Source: Eubacteriales bacterium (GTDB lineage: Bacteria > Bacillota > Clostridia > Lachnospirales > Lachnospiraceae). Taken from it: a stretch of 64,000 bases of DNA. Location of the stretch: positions 10,942 to 74,941 of the forward strand of contig JAUNAK010000003.1 in the NCBI GenBank assembly GCA_030527665.1, in the 5' to 3' direction. The notes beneath the pieces are model-generated. The model saw only the letters and a list, made by a program, of their open reading frames with translations. It had not been told where the DNA came from and made no database searches. The translations under genes were made by a program, and so were the position numbers. Of this stretch, positions 27,658-36,069 are shown piece after piece. Positions within the stretch are counted from its first letter, which is position 1. Every line of letters begins with the position of its first letter.

Positions 27658-30048
27658 TTATTCACCAGCCTTTCCAAGTGCATTCAGAATCTTGATCGGA
27701 GAAACTGCCGTTTCATCGATACGAATTCCCAATGCATTATAAATCGCATTTCCAACTGCACCCGGTGTACAGCAGGGAGCAGCCTCACCGACACCGCAGG
27801 CACCATATTCACCGTTTCCTTCATATACTTCCATCGGAAGCGGATCCACATCCGGGAAATCTGCCATTGTCGGGAACTTATAGTCTACAAAGTTGAAGTT
27901 CAGCGGAATTCCGGTAGCATCATCATATACCATTTCCTCATACAGTGCCTCTGCAAGACCCTGTACCTGTCCGCCGGCCAGCTGACCTTCGGCACCTGCC
28001 GGGAACAGAATCGTACCGCCGTCACTGGCTACTGCCATCTTGGTAACCTCGATTTCACCGGTTTCGGTATCGATCTCAACCTCTACAAATACAGCCATGT
28101 ACGCACCGCCGTAGCTCTGCGGATCCAGACGATGTACATACATATTGGTAATCGGGTTCAGAGATGTTCCGTTCTCGAATACATCGATACCCTCATAATA
28201 TTCCGGAATAGTCATTCCGATCTCCGGATTATCCACAACAAAAGCACGGCCATGCTTCATATCCATGGTCTTCGGATCTACGCCAAGCTTCTTTGCCACC
28301 ATGCCAAGGAATTCTTCTTTTACCTTGTGTGCACAGTGACGTACAGACTCTGCAAGAACAAAGGAAACCGAGCTGTCTGTCTGAACAACATCTTTCAGAC
28401 CGGTTTCTGTATCCTGCTGATAGATCCAGCGGATATTGTCAAAATCCACACCCAGATTTTCTGCACAGGACAGAACCGCACAGGTATTGGATCCACCGCC
28501 TACTTCTACCGTCGGCGCATCCAGAATAACCGTACCATCCGGATTCAGTTTGATCTGTACCTGGATCGGTCCGCGGCGAACTTCCTGGAACTCGGTATGC
28601 CATGTATAGTTCAGAGAAACACCCATACCACGCTTCTTGGTACCGTCGATCAGTTCACCCTTGCCGGCAGCATGACGTTTATCCCAGCCAAAGAACTCCG
28701 CACCATCACGAATAACTTTCTCAACACAGTTATACGGCGGTGTCCATCCATGACAGGAGATATTTTTTACCCAGATCTCAACCGGGTCGATATTCAGTTT
28801 CTCAGCAAGTGCATCTATGCCGCGTCCGAAGATATTGTTCATCTGGATATTTCCGATGGAACGCATGATACTTGCCGGAATGATATTGGTATAGACTGCT
28901 CTTCCGGTATGACGGACAGACGGGATCGCAGCGATCATGCACTCGATCCACTCCGGTGCAACATACTTAACCGCACCAAGAGAAGCATCCGCATAAGCAC
29001 CGGTATTTGCAAGAATATTAAAATCCACGCCAATGATCGTGCCATCGTTCATTGCAGCAAGCTTTACTGTATGATACATACCGGTACGGGTATCATGAAA
29101 ATGCTCTTTACGAGTCTGTGTATAGCGAACCGGTCTCTCCACTTTTCTGGACATCAATGCAGATGCAAGGAAAAACATCTGCTCACCGGTATTGGCTCTT
29201 CCGTGCTGACCGCCTTCATACGGAGTAATTACACGGATATCCTTCATCGGAAGCCCGAGCATATCACGCAGGAAGATACGGCTCTGATCAACGGCATAGG
29301 AATCACAGATCATCAGCAGCTCGTCTTTCCTGGACCAGTCACACATACAGTTCCAGTAATCCAGCGCACACTGCTGCGGATTCTTGTAATCGCAGGAAAC
29401 TTCTACAACAACGTCCGCCTCTTCGCACGCCTTGTCCACATCTCCCCAGTTTACATTTGTATCCGGTCCCCACATCGGGTAATTCGGAATAAAGTTGTTG
29501 TCCGGGTTGATATCCGGATGAAGTACCGGAGCATCCGGCTTCATGGCGTCCTCGATAGTCAGACAGAACGGAAGAACCTCCCATTCAATATCCAGAAGCT
29601 TCATTGCCTCTTCAACAGCTTCCACTGTCTCACCGGCAATGGCACATCCCATCTCATCACCTACCCACTGTGCGGTGTCTGACAGTACATGACGGTCCTC
29701 ACATCCCAGGTTCCAGGCTTTGTTTTTATCGGTCGTATTGGTTGCGTCGGTCCACTCCGAGTTGAATGCCGGCATTGCAAGAACCTCCGGATCATCATAG
29801 CGAAGTACGCCTACGATTCCCGGAACAGCCTCTGCACGGGTGGTATCCAGACTTTTGATTCTGGCATGCGGATACGGACTGCGAAGCATCTTCATATACA
29901 CCATATCCGGATGATTTCTCTTCAGTGCCAGATCTTCTGCATACGGTGCCGTTCCGCTTGCTTTTGCATAGGCATCGGTCCTCTTGTGATAGGTACCGAT
30001 ATAATCACGTTTTACTCTGGGGACGAATACTCTTTTGTTGTTTTCCAT
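27658..30048 (-). CDS. Xanthine-dehydrogenase-family molybdopterin-binding large subunit
   Basis: LRSPYPHARIKSLD, GQLAGGQVQGLAEALYE, NFVDYKFPT and GVGE motifs. Confidence 0.9.
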   Translation of the reverse strand: MENNKRVFVPRVKRDYIGTYHKRTDAYAKASGTAPYAEDLALKRNHPDMVYMKMLRSPYPHARIKSLDTTRAEAVPGIVGVLRYDDPEVLAMPAFNSEWTDATNTTDKNKAWNLGCEDRHVLSDTAQWVGDEMGCAIAGETVEAVEEAMKLLDIEWEVLPFCLTIEDAMKPDAPVLHPDINPDNNFIPNYPMWGPDTNVNWGDVDKACEEADVVVEVSCDYKNPQQCALDYWNCMCDWSRKDELLMICDSYAVDQSRIFLRDMLGLPMKDIRVITPYEGGQHGRANTGEQMFFLASALMSRKVERPVRYTQTRKEHFHDTRTGMYHTVKLAAMNDGTIIGVDFNILANTGAYADASLGAVKYVAPEWIECMIAAIPSVRHTGRAVYTNIIPASIMRSIGNIQMNNIFGRGIDALAEKLNIDPVEIWVKNISCHGWTPPYNCVEKVIRDGAEFFGWDKRHAAGKGELIDGTKKRGMGVSLNYTWHTEFQEVRRGPIQVQIKLNPDGTVILDAPTVEVGGGSNTCAVLSCAENLGVDFDNIRWIYQQDTETGLKDVVQTDSSVSFVLAESVRHCAHKVKEEFLGMVAKKLGVDPKTMDMKHGRAFVVDNPEIGMTIPEYYEGIDVFENGTSLNPITNMYVHRLDPQSYGGAYMAVFVEVEIDTETGEIEVTKMAVASDGGTILFPAGAEGQLAGGQVQGLAEALYEEMVYDDATGIPLNFNFVDYKFPTMADFPDVDPLPMEVYEGNGEYGACGVGEAAPCCTPGAVGNAIYNALGIRIDETAVSPIKILNALGKAGE

Positions 30049-30051
30049 GAT

Positions 30052-30675
30052 TTATTCCCCCTTCTCTGCTTCTTCTTTCATCATCTCGGCAGCACGAAGC
30101 GTTGCACGGATGACAGCCGGATAGGTACCGCAGCGGCACAGATTGCCGGATAATGCATGCCGGATCTCCTCCTCGGTCGGATCCGGATTCTCGTTCAGCA
30201 GCCCTTTTGCAGCCATGACAAATCCCGGTGTACACATACCGCACTGCATGGTCGTTCCGTATCCCGGCTCACACTGCTCCGCAAATGCACGAACCAGAAC
30301 ATCTTCCTTGCCAAGTCCCTCGATCGTCGTTACTTCATGTCCATCGGCAGCCATTGCCACCATCAGACAGGATAGTGTAGCCTTTCCGTCCAGCAATACG
30401 GTACATGCACCGCACTCACCGGAATCACAGGAAATCTTGGTTCCCAGCAGTCCCATACCCTCTCTCAGCAGATGAGCAAGTGTATGCTGTGGTTCGAAGT
30501 CCTTTCCCATGTAAAAAGTACGCCATTTACCATTGATTTTGATCTTAATTGCACCATCCTGTACTGATCCGCAATTGTTTTCCTGCATATTCAATATACC
30601 CTCAGCTCCTTTCACACACGTATCTATATTTTCAGAATGGAATAACACCTTTTCTATTCTTTTAGTATTATCCAA
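30052..30675 (-). CDS. Xanthine-dehydrogenase-family 2x[2Fe-2S] small subunit
   Basis: GTKISCDSGECGACTV, QCGMCTPG and GNLCRCG motifs. Confidence 0.92.
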   Translation of the reverse strand: MDNTKRIEKVLFHSENIDTCVKGAEGILNMQENNCGSVQDGAIKIKINGKWRTFYMGKDFEPQHTLAHLLREGMGLLGTKISCDSGECGACTVLLDGKATLSCLMVAMAADGHEVTTIEGLGKEDVLVRAFAEQCEPGYGTTMQCGMCTPGFVMAAKGLLNENPDPTEEEIRHALSGNLCRCGTYPAVIRATLRAAEMMKEEAEKGE

Positions 30676-30766
30676 ACATACCCTCTTCAGCTTATCACGC
30701 AGTGAATATTGCGTCTATTGTGTGCAAGCGCCAATTTTCTTCATGTATTTTATGCTTCATAAACAA

Positions 30767-30813
30767 AAGAATCCGGTAAAGCACATAAAACGCAGTGCTT
30801 TTACCGGATTCTT
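30767..30813 (-). terminator. Intrinsic terminator-like hairpin
   Basis: AGAATCCGGTAAAGCAC/GTGCTTTTACCGGATTCT stem downstream of the DUF3786-like gene. Confidence 0.7.
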
Positions 30814-30869
30814 CCTGTTTCTTATTTATCTCAGTCGAGAAGACTCCCTCTTCTGCAAGTGGTGAGCAA

Positions 30870-31616
30870 TTACAAGATCATCTCAGCCTCTTCCGCTTTC
30901 AGCTCAATGATTCGATCCTGCAGTCGTTCCAGTACCAGATTGGCTGCATAATACAAGGTCTCATAAAACAGATATCTGCAGATATCCCGATCAAAATAGA
31001 TCGTCAGCTTCGGCGGAAATTCCTCATCAGAAGCATAGAAGCTGAACCGCATGGAGATTTCTCCGAACAGAGGGATCTGATAGGCCGCATCTCCCTTTCC
31101 GGCAGGAACTCCCTGCAGTTCCTCTGCGGCTTTTTTCAGTCTTTCCAGATTCTGATCAAACAGAGCCTCTGTACGTGCGTGGAATCCCTCTCCCAGAATC
31201 GTTGAGGAACCACCGCGTACCCGGTTCAGACTTTCCAGTGAACAATACTCTCCGGAAAGAACGACCGGCGCTTCCGTATGGCAAAGCAGATCACAGATGG
31301 TAAGTACCTCATTGCAGGAAGCTTCCTTCCAGCCATCCCCTGCCATCTCCGATACATGCACCGTCCTATTCCCTGCAGCAGCTGCTTCTGCAGCCTCACC
31401 GGTGGATCCGCCTATGCCTTCTGCATTTCCCGGCACACTCTCCATCACCGGCTCCCGCCTTCCCAGACGATACACTCTTCCGCAGAACGGAATAAAAATG
31501 AACTGCTCATCATTTTCCAGCTGTAGGCGGTCAATGCACTTCCGCTGGTCGTAGGTCAAAAAGCGTTCCAGTGCCTGCTGCTTAAAAACATCATAATTGG
31601 ACTTTCTCTCTTCCAT
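30870..31616 (-). CDS. DUF3786-like hypothetical protein
   Basis: FCGRVYRL...GDAAYQIPLF...FYASDEEFPPKL...LFYE pattern, recognised by eye. Confidence 0.7.
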   Translation of the reverse strand: MEERKSNYDVFKQQALERFLTYDQRKCIDRLQLENDEQFIFIPFCGRVYRLGRREPVMESVPGNAEGIGGSTGEAAEAAAAGNRTVHVSEMAGDGWKEASCNEVLTICDLLCHTEAPVVLSGEYCSLESLNRVRGGSSTILGEGFHARTEALFDQNLERLKKAAEELQGVPAGKGDAAYQIPLFGEISMRFSFYASDEEFPPKLTIYFDRDICRYLFYETLYYAANLVLERLQDRIIELKAEEAEMIL

Positions 31617-31633
31617 GTTTCCCCTCGATCCGA

Positions 31634-34003
31634 TTATTTTTCGATCACCGGTGTCCAGTATTCATTATTGTAAATATCGGTGAATTTATACGTAATTCGA
31701 ACATTTCCTTCACCGACAGCGACATTGCTGATCTCCATCGTATCGGTTACCGTCATCGGCTCTCCCAGATAATAGCTGTCCTGATACGTACCGTCATAGC
31801 TGTAGAAATCACAGAGGAATTCCAGCTTATCACCTGCCTGCAGTTCTCCGTCAGCCTTGGCTGCTGCCGCGGTCTCACCGTTTACATAGTCCGAGACTGA
31901 TCCGGCAATGTATCCATAGGGATGATCCTGATCAAATACCAGAAGCAGGTTCACACGACTGCCGTTCAGCATGGCAGGAACATGACCGGTAATCGTATAC
32001 TTGTCACCGTCTTCCACGGTTCCTTCATAATAATAGGCAACCGGCTGTCCATTGATTGCCAGCCAGGTCTTGTCCGTCTCCGGAACCAGTTTGCCGTCTT
32101 CATCAAAGGAAAATGTATTATCCAGTCCCAGATCCACATAGCCTTCGCCGTCATCATAGAACATGTTCATGGCAACATCTGTCACCAACGCCCACTGCTC
32201 CTCCGGAAGGCTCATGGATACCGATCCATCGGAAGCATTTTCCCAGATCAGTTTGGAAGCATCCAGCTGATGCTCAGCAATATATACAGCGGTCTCTTCC
32301 GTACCGAGACTTCTTCCGGAGAAGAAATCCGCGGTTCCGTCGGTTCCGACAAGCGATCCCAGACCGTTTCCAAGCAGCTGCTCCAGAATCTGCATCGTCA
32401 TATCATTTCCTGCAGTTCCTGAGGATGAACCATTTCCAAGAAGCATCTCAAATGGTGAACCGCTGTTTCCCATGCCGCCGGCAACCGCCTGACCGGATGC
32501 CTGCAGAGAAGCATACTCACGGATACAGCTGTTATACTCATCGTCCAGTCCGATCGCATTGTTGATGGCAATTGCCTGATCTACGGTAGACAGTTTTTTG
32601 TTCGGGAAATAGATCGAAACGCCGTACGCGCGATCCATATTCGATGCCGTCCGGTTATACTTAACCGCTCCGCGCACTGCCTGAATCAGTTCTTCGGAGG
32701 ATTCTGTATTCATCCGATTGGCAAGATCCACCAGGTCCACCTGATCGATTTTTGAAGAAACCGCAAACTCTCTGGATCCCTGACGGGCTGTGGCAACCTG
32801 CTGGTACTGGTCGTTTTTGATCAGATCCGCAGTCTCTCTGGAAAAGCTCTTCAGCTTATCCGGAACGGTGTTGGAAAATTCCGCAAGATCCACGATGGAC
32901 AGTGTTGTTTTCTGTCCCCGGCAGCGGGCATTGCATTCTTCCACAAAGCTGTCAATGATCACCTTTCCGAGCGATACGGTATCCATGGACGGATCCTTGC
33001 CGTAAGCATTGAGCCATGTGGTATAGTACCAGCCGATACCCGGTTCGGTCTCTTCGGATGCGATCATATAATCCGCGTATGCATCCAGCATTTTTGCATT
33101 CTCCGCACAGGCCATCAGACAGGCATCAAAACCGATAAAATCGAATTTCATTCCGGCATTGCTCAGAGCCTTGCTGATTCCCGCAAGATTCATGGCACCT
33201 GCAGATGCTTTTTTCTCGTCATAGCCATAGCCGGTAACAGAACCGCCGCCGTGATCCCAGAGGATCAGATCATTCCGGTTAGCCGGAAAATTGGTCTTAC
33301 AGTAATTGATAAACTCTGTCAGTGTGGCAGGATCGGTCATAGTCTTGTTTCCCATATCCGATTCAAGTGTTATAAGCTTTCCGCCTTTTACCTGATAGAT
33401 CTGGTTCACCTGATTACTGATTCCGGAGATCTTCCATCCTTTGCAGCCGCCGGTATAAACAACTACATTTACATTATCTCCATAGGAAGCATTCGCCATC
33501 TCCTTCAGATCGTTGGAAGCCATACCGCTTCTCGACTCCAGATCCGTTCCGCACATGTACACCATGATCGTCGTCACATCACTGCCGTCCCCTTTGATCT
33601 CGGTATACCGTGCACGGCTGCCCTCTGCTACTGACAGATCTGGCTGCTGTGCAGCGGAAGCCACCGTACTTCCTGTATCTGTATTTCCGGAAGTATTCTG
33701 TGAATACGCTGTTCCCTGCGTGTTTCCTGTCTCCTGCTGTGCAGTATACGCCTGGTCAGAACCGGAACCCGAACCGCCAAGCAGTGTTGCGGCACCTCCG
33801 CCTCCTCCCAGCAGTACAACGATCAATGCAATAATAATACCCAGCGGACTTCCTCCGCCGGATCCTCCGGAACGTCCCGGCTTGTTCGAATTGTTCTGCG
33901 GACTGCCGACCGGTCCCGTTCCCAGTCCGCTGCCCCGGCGATGCACACCGGCGGAATTGTCTGTCACGCGCTTCTCACGGCTGCGTGGTCTGTTGTTATC
34001 CAT
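31634..34003 (-). CDS. Membrane-anchored clostripain-family (C11) cysteine peptidase
   Basis: IMVYMCGTDLES, catalytic WDHGGG and GFDACLM motifs, ASEETEPG; N-terminal TM segment. Start chosen at MDNNRPRS. Confidence 0.9.
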   Translation of the reverse strand: MDNNRPRSREKRVTDNSAGVHRRGSGLGTGPVGSPQNNSNKPGRSGGSGGGSPLGIIIALIVVLLGGGGGAATLLGGSGSGSDQAYTAQQETGNTQGTAYSQNTSGNTDTGSTVASAAQQPDLSVAEGSRARYTEIKGDGSDVTTIMVYMCGTDLESRSGMASNDLKEMANASYGDNVNVVVYTGGCKGWKISGISNQVNQIYQVKGGKLITLESDMGNKTMTDPATLTEFINYCKTNFPANRNDLILWDHGGGSVTGYGYDEKKASAGAMNLAGISKALSNAGMKFDFIGFDACLMACAENAKMLDAYADYMIASEETEPGIGWYYTTWLNAYGKDPSMDTVSLGKVIIDSFVEECNARCRGQKTTLSIVDLAEFSNTVPDKLKSFSRETADLIKNDQYQQVATARQGSREFAVSSKIDQVDLVDLANRMNTESSEELIQAVRGAVKYNRTASNMDRAYGVSIYFPNKKLSTVDQAIAINNAIGLDDEYNSCIREYASLQASGQAVAGGMGNSGSPFEMLLGNGSSSGTAGNDMTMQILEQLLGNGLGSLVGTDGTADFFSGRSLGTEETAVYIAEHQLDASKLIWENASDGSVSMSLPEEQWALVTDVAMNMFYDDGEGYVDLGLDNTFSFDEDGKLVPETDKTWLAINGQPVAYYYEGTVEDGDKYTITGHVPAMLNGSRVNLLLVFDQDHPYGYIAGSVSDYVNGETAAAAKADGELQAGDKLEFLCDFYSYDGTYQDSYYLGEPMTVTDTMEISNVAVGEGNVRITYKFTDIYNNEYWTPVIEK

Positions 34004-34186
34004 ATGTTTTTTCTCCCTTCCTCTCATTTTGAGCTGCTGCCCAAAACAAGTACATAACAATTGCTATAAAAGTGAAACGCCCACGTCATGTCTCCATGGC
34101 AGTGGGCGAACTCGCACGCAAATTTACTTACATGATTTGCGTATTAATTACCTCATTGTATCAGCCCGATATAAAAAGCTGAGCCA

Positions 34187-34570
34187 TTAATACCTATGCA
34201 GGATCTCCAGCTCCACACCATTCGGATCCCTGATCAGAATATTACGGAAATTCAGTTTTTCAACATCTGCAGGAGCAGCAAAAATCTCCGCACCGTATGC
34301 CTTTGCCTTCTCATATACCGCATCAACATCTTCAACAGAAAAGGCCAAATGACGGTAGATTCCCATTGTCTTGACAGACGGATGCAGTTCACCGGCAGGA
34401 TCATCATAATCGATCAGCTCCAGCATCGCCCCGTCATTCAGTTCAAAATAATGCAGCCGATGATCCCCCATATCCACGTCATGGAGTCTCTTTAATCCAA
34501 GAACTTCCGAATAAAATTTCTCGGAAGCCTCCAAATCCGTAACATTGATCGTAATATGATCGATTCTCAT
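34187..34570 (-). CDS. VOC/glyoxalase-family protein
   Basis: IDHITINVTDLEASEKFY, HLAFSV and DPNGVELE motifs. Confidence 0.9.
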   Translation of the reverse strand: MRIDHITINVTDLEASEKFYSEVLGLKRLHDVDMGDHRLHYFELNDGAMLELIDYDDPAGELHPSVKTMGIYRHLAFSVEDVDAVYEKAKAYGAEIFAAPADVEKLNFRNILIRDPNGVELEILHRY

Positions 34571-34589
34571 ATTCTTCTCCTTTTTCAAA

Positions 34590-34761
34590 GCGTAACTTCT
34601 GTTGTGCAGGCAGTCCGGATGCCAAAAGCAGGTGCTCTGAAGCCGCCGGTACTTAGTGAGTGCAAGCCCTGGCGCAGCACGAGCTTAGTACCGCTGCGTG
34701 CTGAAGGCAGCGGGAGCGTGCCTGCGTTGGTACCAGACTGCCTGTACAACAGTTCATACGC
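34590..34761. repeat. 172-bp palindromic intergenic element (MITE-like repeat or structured RNA)
   Basis: About 29-bp imperfect terminal inverted repeats (34590-34618 / 34733-34761) plus nested internal stems. Confidence 0.6.
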
Positions 34762-34772
34762 CCCTTTGTTCT

Positions 34773-35612
34773 TTATTCGTTGACGTGTCTTGCTCCTGCA
34801 AGAATATCCTCGATAATATCCCCCTCGGAATCATCCTGATCGATGATAATGGAATTCTCCGGAATTCCCATTGCCTTAGCTTCTGCAAGGATCTCCTTCA
34901 GCGGAATGCTTCCTTCTCCGACAATGGTGAAGCAGCTGTCACGATTTTCCGGGCATGCATCCGGACGGATATCCTTCAGATGAACCAGTTTCAGACGATC
35001 GGCATGGGTTCTCATATACTCGACAGGATTCTTTCCTGCGAATTTTGCCCATCCCATATCCATCTCCAGCATCAGATCCGGGCATTCTCTCAGAAGATAA
35101 TCCAGTGCGGTATCTCCGTTCTCGTCGTAGCACTCGATCTCATGATTATGATAGCAGAGGGTAATACCGGCTTTCGCCAGTTCCTCGGAAGCATACCGCA
35201 TGGAAGGTACATAGTCCTTCATCTTCTCCAGTCCGACCATCAGACTGAGCACATAGTATTTCACATTATTTTCTTTGCCGAAAGCAACCAGCTTCGGAAC
35301 CAGTACTTCTACGGTTTTCGGTGTAGCACCAAGTGCCATGACATGTACGCTGACGATCTCAAAGCCGTCTTCTCTTGCTTTTGCGCATCTTGCTGCCGCA
35401 ACATCTTCATTCCAGATGCCGCCTGCCATCTTCTTGATGATCTCTTCCGGAATCTGGAACGGCATTTCCTGCGGTTCCTCTCCTGTTTCTGCTTCAAAAG
35501 CAATACACGGCTCCAGTGATCCGATCATTCCCTCTTTCAGACGGGCCATGGTTTTGTCATAATCCTCATACAAAGCAAATTTCGGTCCAAATGTATTTAC
35601 ACCAATTTTCAT
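34773..35612 (-). CDS. Sugar-phosphate isomerase/epimerase (AP-endonuclease-2 TIM barrel)
   Basis: CYHNHEIE, EMDMGW, VHLKD and VGEGSIP motifs; start chosen at MKIGVN. Confidence 0.88.
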   Translation of the reverse strand: MKIGVNTFGPKFALYEDYDKTMARLKEGMIGSLEPCIAFEAETGEEPQEMPFQIPEEIIKKMAGGIWNEDVAAARCAKAREDGFEIVSVHVMALGATPKTVEVLVPKLVAFGKENNVKYYVLSLMVGLEKMKDYVPSMRYASEELAKAGITLCYHNHEIECYDENGDTALDYLLRECPDLMLEMDMGWAKFAGKNPVEYMRTHADRLKLVHLKDIRPDACPENRDSCFTIVGEGSIPLKEILAEAKAMGIPENSIIIDQDDSEGDIIEDILAGARHVNE

Positions 35613-35926
35613 GTTTTTCCTCCGTTCTTTCGGAAATTCCTGCAGGAATCGATCTTGTGGAAAGCAAGTTTTATTCTGCACAGAATATCGATACACTATC
35701 TTTTATATTTTATTATATTTACTATCAAAAGAAAAGACTCTTTGCGAGAGCCCCTCTCCTCCCATACTGTTTGCAAGAGACCCTCTCCTTACTTTCCTCT
35801 CTTTACAGGGAATATCCCCTAAAATCTCACCTGCGAGTGAAGTCTCACATGACTGTTATGCAATGCTCTGAAATCACGAGAATGCCCTGACGTAACGCGA
35901 ATGCAGTGACGATTTTCAGCACAAAA

Positions 35927-36007
35927 AAGATACGGCATATCCTCGATCGTCCTTCCCGCCCGGCCTTCCGGCTTTTTGGGGGACGGCGATCGTATATGCC
36001 GTATCTT
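35927..36007. terminator. 81-nt nested hairpin downstream of the Na/Pi cotransporter
   Basis: 14-bp outer stem AAGATACGGCATAT/ATATGCCGTATCTT with inner stems; gives a U-tract on the minus strand. Confidence 0.6.
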
Positions 36008-36069
36008 ATCTGAAATTATGCTATTTCGTATTGATTCCTTTTAAGGATCCGATTTGCTGTGCAAACCCT

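Noticed and set aside
27649-29682. Long plus-strand ORFs antisense to real genes (also 4374-5804, 37861-39438, 40488-41879, 47060-48448, 54922-56106, 59940-61442)
   Set aside because: These are shadow ORFs opposite well-supported genes, with no motifs and atypical composition.
31634-34003. Clostripain as the missing leader protease of the RiPP-like cluster
   Set aside because: It lies more than 17 kb away, is probably extracytoplasmic and shows no regulatory link.
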